A stretch of DNA of 64,000 bases from an uncultured Thermoprotei archaeon (GTDB lineage: Archaea; Thermoproteota; Thermoprotei; Thermofilales; B15-G2), in assembly GCA_965367815.1 (NCBI GenBank), contig CBDUKN010000007.1, positions 1 to 64,000 on the forward strand, written 5' to 3'. Of the stretch, positions 10,473 to 20,184 are shown piece by piece. A model generated the notes under the pieces. It ran no database searches. It saw only the letters and a program-made list of their open reading frames with translations, and was not told where the DNA came from. Numbering within the stretch: position 1 is the stretch's first letter; every line of letters starts with the position of its first letter. Position numbers and translations under genes: made by a program.

Positions 10473-11919
10473 GTTTTACTCCATATTTAGCTAAAATACT
10501 CTTAAAGAATTTTTCTAGCCCTTTCTCTACGTCAGAGGGTAGTGGCTCAGGCTCGTGGGTGCTTAGTATTTCCTCTACGACTTTATGTGCTTTTTCTAAA
10601 GCTGGAAGAGATTTTCCGCTAAGCCATAGCGATATAGGAGATCTGTCGAAGACTTTAGGGAAGTAATGTTCTTTACGCAGAAACCTAACTGTGTGTCTTT
10701 CCTTAAGAAAGATTGCCTTAAAGCCTACCTTAGCGAAGAGTTCTATAGCTAAAGTGTCGTCATTTATTTCAAAGCCTCTCGCAAAACGCAAAACATAGCC
10801 GCAGATTTCGTTGTCTAAAACTAGTTTTTCTAAAGACTGAGTGTTTTCGAATTCCAGCATACCAGGGCCGGAGACGATGTTTATTCTCTTAAGAACAGCT
10901 ACGAGAGCACTCATCGATGCTTCTGCTCCAGCCTGGTAATCCAGTATTTTTGAGTCACTTATAGCCATGTAGGTGTGCGTAGGTAAATTAAAGTACTTGG
11001 CTATCTCTATGTAAGCTGACGATAATAGAAGAGTCTCTGGGCTAACGATATTGGCTGTGCCGTATCTCATGCAAAATTCACAGGGGCTTCCGCCGTAAAT
11101 AACTGGGGCTCCTTCTCTAGCTAGCTGGGCCAAAACAATTCCTGAGAGAGCTTCAGCGTGGTGCTGTACCAGTGAGCCAGCTATGGTTATAGGGCTTGTC
11201 GCACCAAACTGAGGCATGGGAATTATTTCGACAGGAATTCCTTTCTTGGCGCAGTCTATGAGGTTCTGTGATGTAATATAGCTCCATTTGAGAGGAGGAC
11301 TAGGGCAGACATCGAAAACAGCATACGGTTTCTTGGAGATCTCTCCTAGAACTATTTCAAGCATTTTTGCCATATCATGTACTCCGTCTACAGTAAAGGC
11401 TCCTGTGACTACAGGCTTAGTAGTATTCTTCAAGACAATGTAAAGTCTAATACGGTCCCTAAGCTTTACTGGCACATCTGATGGAACTAAAGCAGTGCTC
11501 TGTAGCTTCAAGTATTCTAGTGCGTCTACTAAGCGAACTAGCTTAACTAAATCCTCTACTACAGGATTTCTAGCTTTCCTACTCCCATAGTCAAGTATTT
11601 TAGTTGCTGCAGACCCGGGATTAAAGTAAACATTATCTCCACCTATTTCAGCATAAGGTTTACCATTTCTGTCGTAAAGAACTATTTTGGAAGGAGTTTT
11701 CTTTAGACATGCTTCAACTAAATCTCGAGGAATTTTAGCCACTTTATCTTCAATTTTAGCGCCTGCTGACTTAAGCAACTGAAGGGCATTCTTGTTATCG
11801 AAGTACACGCCAACTTTCTCTAAAATTTCTAAAGCCTTCTCGTGAATTAACTTGATATCATCTTCACTAAGTAACTGCATCTTAGGAGCAGGCACGAGAT
11901 AATTTCGTTTAAAACACAC
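10462..11919 (-). CDS. Trimethylamine methyltransferase (MttB) superfamily protein, non-pyrrolysine
   Basis: IHEKALEILEKVGV, SPPLKW, GATSPITIAG, DSKILDYQAG, SLEKLVLDNE; no in-frame amber codon. Confidence 0.88.
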   Translation of the reverse strand: MCFKRNYLVPAPKMQLLSEDDIKLIHEKALEILEKVGVYFDNKNALQLLKSAGAKIEDKVAKIPRDLVEACLKKTPSKIVLYDRNGKPYAEIGGDNVYFNPGSAATKILDYGSRKARNPVVEDLVKLVRLVDALEYLKLQSTALVPSDVPVKLRDRIRLYIVLKNTTKPVVTGAFTVDGVHDMAKMLEIVLGEISKKPYAVFDVCPSPPLKWSYITSQNLIDCAKKGIPVEIIPMPQFGATSPITIAGSLVQHHAEALSGIVLAQLAREGAPVIYGGSPCEFCMRYGTANIVSPETLLLSSAYIEIAKYFNLPTHTYMAISDSKILDYQAGAEASMSALVAVLKRINIVSGPGMLEFENTQSLEKLVLDNEICGYVLRFARGFEINDDTLAIELFAKVGFKAIFLKERHTVRFLRKEHYFPKVFDRSPISLWLSGKSLPALEKAHKVVEEILSTHEPEPLPSDVEKGLEKFFKSILAKYGVKPSL

Positions 11920-12057
11920 TTATACTTTAGCAAGCTACTAGGGCGGAAGAATATTTTATCTTAAGTATTTTGCAGCAGTTATCTAAATATTTAAAACTTT
12001 AATTGAATGTAATAGTAAAATATTCGGAGAAAATTATTTTAAAGAATTTTGAGAAGA

Positions 12058-12606
12058 CTACTTAACTCTTGTCTTGTATATTTCTTCTACTATATGAGCT
12101 ACTTCGTCGAAAGTCCACTTAGATGTATTTATGACAGCATCGTATAAGTCGGCGTCAATCCAGTCTTTTCTATAAAGTCTATATACGAGGTTTTTGCGTT
12201 CTTCATCAGAGTATCTTACAGCTTTAAGAGCTTCTTCAATACTAATATTTCTTCTCTTAGCTATTCTTTGTGCTCTAAAGTTTTCAGGAGCCCACAGAAA
12301 CACTTTAATGTCGATATTTGGGTTATCTAATACTAAGAAAGCGACTCTTCCTTCAATAACTACATTTCTTTCAGCAATATGGTCTAAGACTACACTCTTA
12401 ACGACATCCTCTAAGTCGAGTTCTCCAGATCGGGCCTTTCTTTCTAGTTCATCGAAGCTTATTCTTTCTTGTGCAACTATTTCTCTTATAACTAGTTGAC
12501 TGTTAACAACAGAGACTCCGAGTTTTTTTGCTAGCTTTTCTGCAGTCTCAGTGCATCCTGCTCCTAATTGACCAGCTAGAACTATTACAGGCTTGTTTAC
12601 AGGCAT
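12058..12606 (-). CDS. cmk: Archaeal cytidylate kinase family protein
   Basis: GQLGAGCT P-loop variant, VVIEGR, RAQRIAKR, YDAVINT. Confidence 0.7.
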   Translation of the reverse strand: MPVNKPVIVLAGQLGAGCTETAEKLAKKLGVSVVNSQLVIREIVAQERISFDELERKARSGELDLEDVVKSVVLDHIAERNVVIEGRVAFLVLDNPNIDIKVFLWAPENFRAQRIAKRRNISIEEALKAVRYSDEERKNLVYRLYRKDWIDADLYDAVINTSKWTFDEVAHIVEEIYKTRVK

Positions 12607-12927
12607 AGGCTATCCGCCTAAATATAAGAGAGAGCAAAATTTAACGTTATCCACTATAGCTCTGCATTACTTTACCACTTTTCTTAGCTTAAGGGAATTC
12701 ACATTAATATTTTTACATATCTTTATATATAAATAAACCTAGTTAAAATAGCTAAATATTATCAAATGTAATTAAATAGAATACTTTTTAATAAAATTAT
12801 AGGCAAGTAGGTTTAGTTGACTTAATAGCAGTAAGAGAAATATGCATGTATTCTTGTAGTATTCTCCGGCAAATATTTTCGGATAACTTTAATCAAGTTC
12901 TTATTTATTTTAGTATGAATAGTTTTG

Positions 12928-13140
12928 ATGAATACGAGAGAGATGTTTAACTGTATAATGCTTGCAAAGAACGTTGTGTACTTTGTTGAAAAAGCTTACG
13001 CTGAAAGAAACATAGACTTATTTAGGCAGAATATTAAAGAAGCATTATTCTACTTAAGGCACTTAGAAGAAAAGCTAGAGAAAATAATTAATATGCCTGA
13101 AGAAGAGCTACTAGGGGATAGCGGGAAAACAGAAAAATAG
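12928..13140 (+). CDS. Hypothetical small helical protein
   Basis: 70 aa ORF with host-like codon usage in an otherwise empty gap. Confidence 0.45.
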   Translation: MNTREMFNCIMLAKNVVYFVEKAYAERNIDLFRQNIKEALFYLRHLEEKLEKIINMPEEELLGDSGKTEK

Positions 13141-13217
13141 CTTTTGATTCTTTGGTAATAGTTTCACTCTATTACAGCTACATATATTTCAATTAAGTAG
13201 AATTTAAAACAATAGTA

Positions 13218-14249
13218 ATGCTGATCTCTACTTGGGATAGAACGGATGTTCACATAGCTAGAATATGGGGCAGGGGAAAATGTCTAAGAGAACTTAAGCC
13301 TCTTTTATCGAGCTACTGCAAGAATAGCTGTAAGTACTGCTTCTATAGGAGAGAAAGAAATGTTACGAGAGAGAAGTATACTCCAGAAAAACTTGCTAAA
13401 ACTATTTATGCTCTGTGGAGAAGAAGAGTAATAGATGGAGCCATGATTTCTTCTGCAGTCTACAGTGACCCCGAACAAGTAGTAGAAGAGGAAATAGAGA
13501 CGGCTACTATTTTAAAGAAGCTGGGCTACAGAGGCTTCATACATCTGAGACTTATGCCCGGAACACCACGCTATCTAGTGTGGGAAGCAGCTAAAGTCGC
13601 AGACCGAATTGGAGTAAATATAGAGTCTCCTGAGAAAGCAATATTCTATGACATTGCGCCAGACAAAGGAAGCTATCGAAACGATATTCTCAGAGTACTT
13701 GAAGAGTGCTATAGGGCGTGGAGAAGACTTAAGCGGGAAGGTTTTCTTAAATCAGGTGTAGTTACTCAAATGATAGTGGGCCTTGGTGAAACTGATTCGA
13801 AAGTATTAGAGATAACGTACAGGTTTTTAAAAGACTTTAAGTTAGCTAGAGTATATTATAGTCCATTTGAGCCTATAGAAAATACTCCACTAGAAAATCA
13901 TCCAGCATGCCCTGTAAGTAGAGCGAGAAGACTCTATCAAGCATTCTTTCTAATGAGAGACTACAGCTTCACTTTCAGAGACTTAGAAGTCCTCTTAAAC
14001 GATAATGGAATGCTGCCCAGTGTAGATGACCTTAAGCTAGAGTATGCTAAAAGGAATCCACAAGATTTTCCAGTAGACGTCAATTGTGCCGAGTACTGGG
14101 AACTGATAAAAGTACCCGGTATAGGTCCTAAATCAGCTAAAAGAATACTTGAATTAAGGGAAGAAAAGAAAATTACTCTAGAAGATTTAAGAAAAATTCT
14201 AGGGGCATATAGGTTTAAGAAAGCTATAAAATACCTCTCAGTTATTTAG
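13218..14249 (+). CDS. Putative DNA modification/repair radical SAM protein with C-terminal helix-hairpin-helix
   Basis: YCKNSCKYC, IHLRLMPG, TQMIVG, RVYYSPF, RRLYQA, VDVN...LIKVPGIGPKSA. Confidence 0.85.
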   Translation: MLISTWDRTDVHIARIWGRGKCLRELKPLLSSYCKNSCKYCFYRRERNVTREKYTPEKLAKTIYALWRRRVIDGAMISSAVYSDPEQVVEEEIETATILKKLGYRGFIHLRLMPGTPRYLVWEAAKVADRIGVNIESPEKAIFYDIAPDKGSYRNDILRVLEECYRAWRRLKREGFLKSGVVTQMIVGLGETDSKVLEITYRFLKDFKLARVYYSPFEPIENTPLENHPACPVSRARRLYQAFFLMRDYSFTFRDLEVLLNDNGMLPSVDDLKLEYAKRNPQDFPVDVNCAEYWELIKVPGIGPKSAKRILELREEKKITLEDLRKILGAYRFKKAIKYLSVI

Positions 14250-14257
14250 TGCAGTAA

Positions 14258-15049
14258 ATGACTGAAAGACCTTACTTCCTGCAAGAGTCTCTAATAAGTA
14301 TACTTAAAGAATTTAGCCTAGAAGAAGTTTTAGCTATAGAAGAAAACTTCGACGAACAGTATATAGTCCTCGAAAAACTATATTATCGATTAAAAAACCC
14401 TCCTGTATATTTGTCTCTCATAGTATTGAATGCTATTAGTAGCTACCAGCTAAACTGCACTGGAGAAAAATATTGGAGCGGGTTCTCAGAATATTTTTCT
14501 AAAAAACGCGATATTATTAAAAATATAGAAGTAGAAGGAAAAATAATCGTTAATATGTTCCTAGATTTTCTCGAAAAGTCTAGATGCAATGTCAGGTTAT
14601 TGAGACAGAAGCGTAGAAGAGTAATGAGAGTAGTTCCGCTAATAAACAGCTTCATCGAGAATATTTCAGTATATGTTGAAGACTTTAAGCTGCTTCAATT
14701 AGAGCTTTCAAAGCATCTCAATACTTCTATTTCAGCGAAAACAGTAGTTTTTGCAGTAAAAATGTTTAACTACGGTGTAAGAATAGCTTACAGTAAGAAA
14801 ATACCGTTGCCCTTCGATATAGATATACCAGTAGACAATAGGATAAAGAAAATATCTAGTTGTCTAGGTGTAAGTGAAGAAGACATTAAAGGTTTTTGGC
14901 GTAAAGTAGCTTATAAAACAGAGATTCCTCCTCTACACATAGACTCTCTTCTCTGGGTAGCTTACCGGTATGCTAAAGAAGGAATTATGTTAGATAACTC
15001 TAAGTTTAATAAACTTATACTGTTTCTAAAGAGTTTTCTAGTAAATTAA
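14258..15049 (+). CDS. Archaeal 8-oxoguanine N-glycosylase/DNA lyase (AGOG family)
   Basis: SSYQL..GEKYW, AKTVVFAVKM, IPVDNRI, PPLHIDSLLW. Confidence 0.88.
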   Translation: MTERPYFLQESLISILKEFSLEEVLAIEENFDEQYIVLEKLYYRLKNPPVYLSLIVLNAISSYQLNCTGEKYWSGFSEYFSKKRDIIKNIEVEGKIIVNMFLDFLEKSRCNVRLLRQKRRRVMRVVPLINSFIENISVYVEDFKLLQLELSKHLNTSISAKTVVFAVKMFNYGVRIAYSKKIPLPFDIDIPVDNRIKKISSCLGVSEEDIKGFWRKVAYKTEIPPLHIDSLLWVAYRYAKEGIMLDNSKFNKLILFLKSFLVN

Positions 15050-16210
15050 AATGCTTGAAGCCTCCTCTTTAAATACTTTTAGAGAAGACTCCCATTTAGA
15101 CACTATTTCTTCAATGTCTTTCTCCTCTTCGATCATTTCTCTCACAAAGCTATTTCCAATAAGCAAGTCGAAGAAGTATTTATCTTCGCTTTTCTTCCAC
15201 TCGAACTCCTTGTAGCTTTCCTTAACTACCTTAATTAAGTGCAATGCGGTTTCAATAGGCTTGAATTTCTCTTTATCATAAACATAGATGTGGACTCCTC
15301 CACAGTACTTACCGGAGTACTTTGATGTAAATGGAATGAACCTTAAGGGTCTGAAGAGTACTCCTGGCAATTTAAGACTATTGAGTTTTCTCGCTAAGTC
15401 TACAGGCTTAATCCATGGAGCACCAATATACTCGAAAGGCTTTGTTGTTCCTCTTCCTTCAGAGAGATTTGTACCTTCTATAAGTACTGTACCGCAGTAC
15501 ACTAGAGCAGTATCCGGTGAAGGTATATTCGGTGAGGGAGGAACCCAAGGTAGTCCTGCTTCAGAAAACCACTGGTCTCTTTTCCAGTTCTCAAGAAGAT
15601 ATACGTGTATTTCTGCTCCGAGAGTGTACTTTCTGTTGAATAGTTTGGCGAGCTCGCCTGGAGTTAGCCCATATCTTAAGGGTATTTCGGCTATACCCAC
15701 GAAGGATACGTATTCTTCGCGTAAGACAGGTCCCTCTACTTTAACTCCTGTAAGAGGATTAGGTCTATCTAGTACATAGAGTGGTGTATCTGCTTTGCCT
15801 GAGGCTTTTACGCAGTAGTAAAGTGTTGATATGTAAGTATAGCATCTAACGCCTATGTCTTGAATATCGTATATTAGACAGTCTATACTGGAGACTAGGT
15901 CAAGGGGGAGTTCTCTGTTTTCTCCGTAGAGACTATACACTTCTACGCCGTAGTCTTCATCAAAGTAATTGCTGTAAGTAGCCCCTGGAGGGAGAGCTCC
16001 ACTTAAGCCGTGCTCTGGAGAAAATACTATTATTTTCTCTGCATACTCCTTGGTGACTTCAATTAAGTGAGTGAAGTCTGAGGTAACTGATGTATGGTTT
16101 ACAATGAGCCCTACTTTAAGGTCTCTTAAGTACTCTTTTACGTCAATAAAGTGATCTAAACCCAGTTTTACTCTACTCAAGCTTCTTCTCCCTGCGCAGT
16201 TTTTCTGCAA
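15038..16210 (-). CDS. namZ: Exo-beta-N-acetylmuramidase NamZ (DUF1343) family
   Basis: NHTS, FSPEHG, YSLYG, YDIQDIGVRCYTY, LDRPNP, WVPPSPN, SEGRGTTKPFE. Confidence 0.9.
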   Translation of the reverse strand: MQKNCAGRRSLSRVKLGLDHFIDVKEYLRDLKVGLIVNHTSVTSDFTHLIEVTKEYAEKIIVFSPEHGLSGALPPGATYSNYFDEDYGVEVYSLYGENRELPLDLVSSIDCLIYDIQDIGVRCYTYISTLYYCVKASGKADTPLYVLDRPNPLTGVKVEGPVLREEYVSFVGIAEIPLRYGLTPGELAKLFNRKYTLGAEIHVYLLENWKRDQWFSEAGLPWVPPSPNIPSPDTALVYCGTVLIEGTNLSEGRGTTKPFEYIGAPWIKPVDLARKLNSLKLPGVLFRPLRFIPFTSKYSGKYCGGVHIYVYDKEKFKPIETALHLIKVVKESYKEFEWKKSEDKYFFDLLIGNSFVREMIEEEKDIEEIVSKWESSLKVFKEEASSILIY

Positions 16211-17144
16211 GCTCTATTGCTTTGGTAGGAATATTGCCTGTAGCCTCCAGTAACTTGACTGCAGTAGCGTAGTCAACACCTGCTTTAGCCATAACTATAG
16301 CAGCTGTAACATTACCTTTAGCTTCCTCTAGAAGCTTAGATGCTCTATTATAAGATACTCCAGTCTCGATCATTATTATTCTCTTAGCTCTCTCAATAAG
16401 CTTCTTGCTCTTAGGCTCTAAAGACACCATAAGGTTTCCTTTAACTCGGCCAAGTCTAACCATTATAGCTGTACTCATCATAGTCAATATCATTTTCTGG
16501 GCTGTAGCCGCTTTCATTCTAGTAGACCCAGTTATTACTTCGGGCCCTGTATCAGGAGCAATGACTATGTCAGCGTACTTCGTTATAGGGCTTCCTTTAA
16601 CACAAGTAATGGCTACAGTCTTAGCTCCAATTTCTCTAGCATATCTAAGCGCAGCAATCACAAAAGGTGTTCGTCCGCTAGCAGAAATGCCGACTACTAC
16701 GTCTTTATCGGTAATTCTCCTTGCTTTAAGCTCGCGAACAGCCATGTCTTCGTCGTCTTCAGCTCCCTCAATAGGCCTAAATACTGCGCCGGGACCACCA
16801 GCTATAATAGCTTCAGCTATTTCTGGGCCTACATCATATGTAGGAAGCAGCTCAGCGACGTCGATTACACCTAGCCTACCACTTGTTCCTGCACCAACAT
16901 AAAACCACTTACCGCCCTTTTTTATTGCCTCAACAATAGTGTCTACAGCTTTAGCAATATTAGGTAGCTCTTTTTCAACAGCGTAAGCCACCTTCTTATC
17001 CTCATCATTAATTATCTTGAGAATCTCTATCGTTGGAAGTTCGCTCAAATTCACCGACCTAGGATTTATCTGCTCTGTAGTAAGCGACAATAGTTCTTCA
17101 AAAATCTTCTTATCGCCTTTAATTTCAGACATAAACCTCAGCAT
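16173..17144 (-). CDS. murQ: N-acetylmuramic acid 6-phosphate etherase
   Basis: TEQINP, GAGTSGRLG, EGAED, SASGRTPFV, GPEVITGSTRMKAATAQK, GNLMV. Confidence 0.92.
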   Translation of the reverse strand: MLRFMSEIKGDKKIFEELLSLTTEQINPRSVNLSELPTIEILKIINDEDKKVAYAVEKELPNIAKAVDTIVEAIKKGGKWFYVGAGTSGRLGVIDVAELLPTYDVGPEIAEAIIAGGPGAVFRPIEGAEDDEDMAVRELKARRITDKDVVVGISASGRTPFVIAALRYAREIGAKTVAITCVKGSPITKYADIVIAPDTGPEVITGSTRMKAATAQKMILTMMSTAIMVRLGRVKGNLMVSLEPKSKKLIERAKRIIMIETGVSYNRASKLLEEAKGNVTAAIVMAKAGVDYATAVKLLEATGNIPTKAIELAEKLRREKKLE

Positions 17145-17261
17145 AAGTACTCTATAAGAGAACTTATATATCTTCCAGCAAAATCCGCAAACTCAGTGAT
17201 AGTCAAACATTATATTAATGTATTATAAGTGCGTCTATATTATTGATAATCGTTTTAAAAA

Positions 17262-17681
17262 TTAGTATGTAACTATTTCCAATTCAGGTATTTTCGAAAA
17301 ATGTTTAATATTCCTAGTTACAAGTTTCAAGTTGTTGGTGATAGCCGTCGCAGCAATTATTGTATCCGCGAATCCTATGGGTTCTCCTTTCTTATATAAA
17401 TAGGCTGTTATTTCAGCTGATTTTTTAGCAATTTTATCAGTATATGGAATTATATCGAATCTAGCCAGTTCACTCTCCGCCTTTTCCAGCATCTTCTTGA
17501 GTTTATTTTTGTCATTCCAGTAAGACAAATACACTCCAACAAAATATTCGTGAACTGTTACAACAGATATCGCTACATAAATTTTCTCATAATCTATCTT
17601 TCTAGCAAATTTCACTGCTCCTGCATCTCCTCTAATGAGGTTTATTAAATAGTCTGTGTCAACTAGATACACTACTTCCAC
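17262..17681 (-). CDS. vapC: VapC PIN-domain toxin
   Basis: VDTD, SVVTVHE, DTIIAATA, LVTRNIKHF. Confidence 0.9.
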   Translation of the reverse strand: MEVVYLVDTDYLINLIRGDAGAVKFARKIDYEKIYVAISVVTVHEYFVGVYLSYWNDKNKLKKMLEKAESELARFDIIPYTDKIAKKSAEITAYLYKKGEPIGFADTIIAATAITNNLKLVTRNIKHFSKIPELEIVTY

Positions 17682-17907
17682 CTAATACTCTTTCAAGTCT
17701 CTCTATGTCGGCTAGTAATACTTTCCTCTTGTATTCTTTAAGAGCTGCTATACCCTCTTCTGTAATAGTCTTAGAGCCAGCTATCTCTAAAAGACCTCCC
17801 TTTCTCGAAATAAGCTTTTTAATAACATCACTGAAGCTCTCTCCTGGCCGCTTCAGCTTCTTAAGCATTTCATAGACTTCGTCTGATACCATAATAGTAC
17901 GAGCCAT
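17659..17907 (-). CDS. Archaeal VapB-type antitoxin
   Basis: MARTIMVSDEVYEMLKKLKRPGESFSDVI; overlaps the vapC start. Confidence 0.85.
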   Translation of the reverse strand: MARTIMVSDEVYEMLKKLKRPGESFSDVIKKLISRKGGLLEIAGSKTITEEGIAALKEYKRKVLLADIERLERVLGGSSVSS

Positions 17908-17920
17908 GAAGATCAAAATA

Positions 17921-17934
17921 TATACATATGTATA
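17921..17934. promoter_or_regulatory. Palindromic operator upstream of vapBC
   Basis: Perfect 14-bp palindrome TATACATATGTATA 14 nt upstream of the antitoxin ATG. Confidence 0.55.
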
Positions 17935-18062
17935 CATATATTAATTTTTGGCTTTTACGAAGACTACGAGTAGTAGGCTAAAATATACTGTTATAAAAGT
18001 TATATTAAAGTTTTAAATTGCTTTAGGATTAAGTATATAAGTGCTACGTGTAATATCTTACT

Positions 18063-18135
18063 GGGAGCCGCCGGGACTGGCCCGCCGGGCCTGAATGAAC
18101 GGTCGGGGGACTCACCGCGCGTTGGACACCTCACC
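18063..18135 (+). ncRNA. Candidate K-loop / H/ACA-like small RNA
   Basis: Very GC-rich island in an AT-rich gap; CCCGCCG/CGGTCGGG stem capped by CTGA-ATGA; ACA at 18126-18128; TATATAA ~25 nt upstream. Confidence 0.5.
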
Positions 18136-18242
18136 TCCTTACTAACTTACAGTTTTCGGCTTGAAGTACATCTTTTATAAGGCCTTTAGGCTTTCTTCAG
18201 TTACTATAATTTATTGAAATATTCCAATATACTACTACTCAA

Positions 18243-19001
18243 CTAGATTCTTACTAATACTTCGAAAAGAGTTTTCACTACTTCTTCTATTCTAGCCATT
18301 TTTCTCTTACCGCTAAATATTTTCCAGGACTCCCTATACAGCTCATCTGTAATTATTAGAGCTATACCTAAGTCTACTCCTCGGAACATTGCTACAGACA
18401 TGAGTGCTGTGCTTTCCATGTCTATTGCCAGAATATTCATTGAGCTATACTTCGTAACTTTATCTTTAGTCTCTCTGAAAATAGCATCGGTAGTCCATAT
18501 ACCACCTGTATGTAGCTGAACACCTAGTTTCTGAGCTACATGGCTAAGTTTCTCATTCAGAATCTTTACAATTCTTTCACGTGGTTTAGGAATTACGTCT
18601 GAAGGTAAATAGTGGTAGCTAGTACCTTCTTCTCTTATGTCCCATGTAGGTACAATAATATCGAATATCTTAACTGAAGGATGAATAGCTCCAGCACCAC
18701 CATAGACAATAAACTTCTTTACACCAGCAGCTATTAATAGTTCTAAAGCCATTACGGCGGCGGGAGCACCGAAATATGGCATAGCGACACAGACATCTAC
18801 TCCCTTGTACCTACCCTTTATGTTTCCTAAAGTAGGTATTTTCAGCATACTTTCTTCGATTTCTTCAAAGATCTTTTTACCTATATCAAGAGGAGTTTTT
18901 ATAAAAGCTAGAAGACATCTATCGCAGGGAGCCTCGAAGTTACTCATCTTAATCCATGTTCTTGGGTCTATTATAGGCTCTCCAGCTCCTGGTAGTATCA
19001 T
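18243..19001 (-). CDS. Nucleoside phosphorylase (uridine/purine PNP_UDP_1 family)
   Basis: GAPAA, GGAGA, REEGTSYHY, WTTDAIFRET, DMES. Confidence 0.88.
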   Translation of the reverse strand: MILPGAGEPIIDPRTWIKMSNFEAPCDRCLLAFIKTPLDIGKKIFEEIEESMLKIPTLGNIKGRYKGVDVCVAMPYFGAPAAVMALELLIAAGVKKFIVYGGAGAIHPSVKIFDIIVPTWDIREEGTSYHYLPSDVIPKPRERIVKILNEKLSHVAQKLGVQLHTGGIWTTDAIFRETKDKVTKYSSMNILAIDMESTALMSVAMFRGVDLGIALIITDELYRESWKIFSGKRKMARIEEVVKTLFEVLVRI

Positions 19002-19160
19002 AGCGTGATACCCTGCTATTATTTTTACTGAAGGCTATAAAAATATATTATCAGAATCTCTAAAATTTAAACAGCATTTTGCATTAATGCAGTATTTTCT
19101 CTAAGTCTTTATGCAGTAAAACTTAGGAAGTAAAAATACAGAAATAAGTTATTTCAAAAA

Positions 19161-20102
19161 TTAGATGAATTTAAAGGCTACTCCTTGTTCTTCGGCAAAT
19201 TTTCTTACTTCACTTAAGTAAGGTAGACCTGTTTGTGCTCCTTTCTTTGTTACTTTTAGTGCTGCAACCATATTTGCGAAGCGTACTGCATCTTCTAGTT
19301 CAGCTTTCCTTGAGAGAGCGTATGCTAGTGCTCCGCAGAAAGCGTCTCCTGCTCCAACTGTGTCTACTACTTTTACTTTAAAGGTTGGTATTAGCTTAGA
19401 GTATTCTTTAGTTATTATTTCGGCTCCTTCCTTTCCTCTAGTTACTATTACAGTAGAGACTCCTTGCTCAAGTATTCTTCTGGATGCTTCGATGTAGTTT
19501 AAGGTTTCGCCTGTAGCTATTTTAACTAAAGCTTCTAGTTCTCTCGCATTTAGAACTAGTATGTCTACGTACTTCAGCTGATCTAGTGGAAGTTTTTTGA
19601 CTGGAGCTACATTGAGAATTGTTAGAGCTCCTTTTTCTTTTCCTCTTTTCATTGCCTCTAAGGCTGTTTCTACAGGTATTTCGAGTTGTGCTAGTACTAC
19701 TGAGGCTTTAGAGAAAGCTGGCTCGGCTCTATTCAAGTCTTCAATACATATTCTGTTGTCGACGCCGGGAGCTACGGCGATAACGTTTTCACCTTCCTTG
19801 TCTACGATAATAAAGGCGACTCCACTTTTTTCTTCAGAATCTACTACTACGTAGTCTGTTTTCACATTATTTCTTTTAGCGTTTTCTAGGAGTTCTTTTC
19901 CTACAAAGTCTTCACCTACTCTGCTGACCATGTAGACTTCTGCCCCTAGTCTAGCTAAAGCTACAGCCTGATTAGCACCTTTTCCTCCCGGAAAAGTTTC
20001 AAACTTATGTCCCAGTACAGTTTCTCCAAGCTTAGGGAGCTGGTCTACATAGATAACGAAGTCCATATGCATTGTACCTACTACAACAGCTACAGGGTTC
20101 AC
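19161..20102 (-). CDS. rbsK: Ribokinase (PfkB family)
   Basis: PGGKGANQA, QLEIP, VTRGKEG, VDTVGAGDAF. Confidence 0.88.
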   Translation of the reverse strand: MNPVAVVVGTMHMDFVIYVDQLPKLGETVLGHKFETFPGGKGANQAVALARLGAEVYMVSRVGEDFVGKELLENAKRNNVKTDYVVVDSEEKSGVAFIIVDKEGENVIAVAPGVDNRICIEDLNRAEPAFSKASVVLAQLEIPVETALEAMKRGKEKGALTILNVAPVKKLPLDQLKYVDILVLNARELEALVKIATGETLNYIEASRRILEQGVSTVIVTRGKEGAEIITKEYSKLIPTFKVKVVDTVGAGDAFCGALAYALSRKAELEDAVRFANMVAALKVTKKGAQTGLPYLSEVRKFAEEQGVAFKFI

Positions 20103-20184
20103 GAAAAAATAGTGGGAGTAAGGCTAATAAGTTTTAAGGAAGTAAAGGAGGTACTCTTATAAAGGCAGCGGTTGCTGTAGCTTT

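Noticed and set aside
10462-11919. Pyrrolysine recoding in the MttB-family gene
   Set aside because: The ORF is full length with no internal TAG
18154-18163. TTTCGGCTTG, the reverse complement of the element's right-end CAAGCCGAAA
   Set aside because: Only 10 nt with no flanking similarity; compatible with chance
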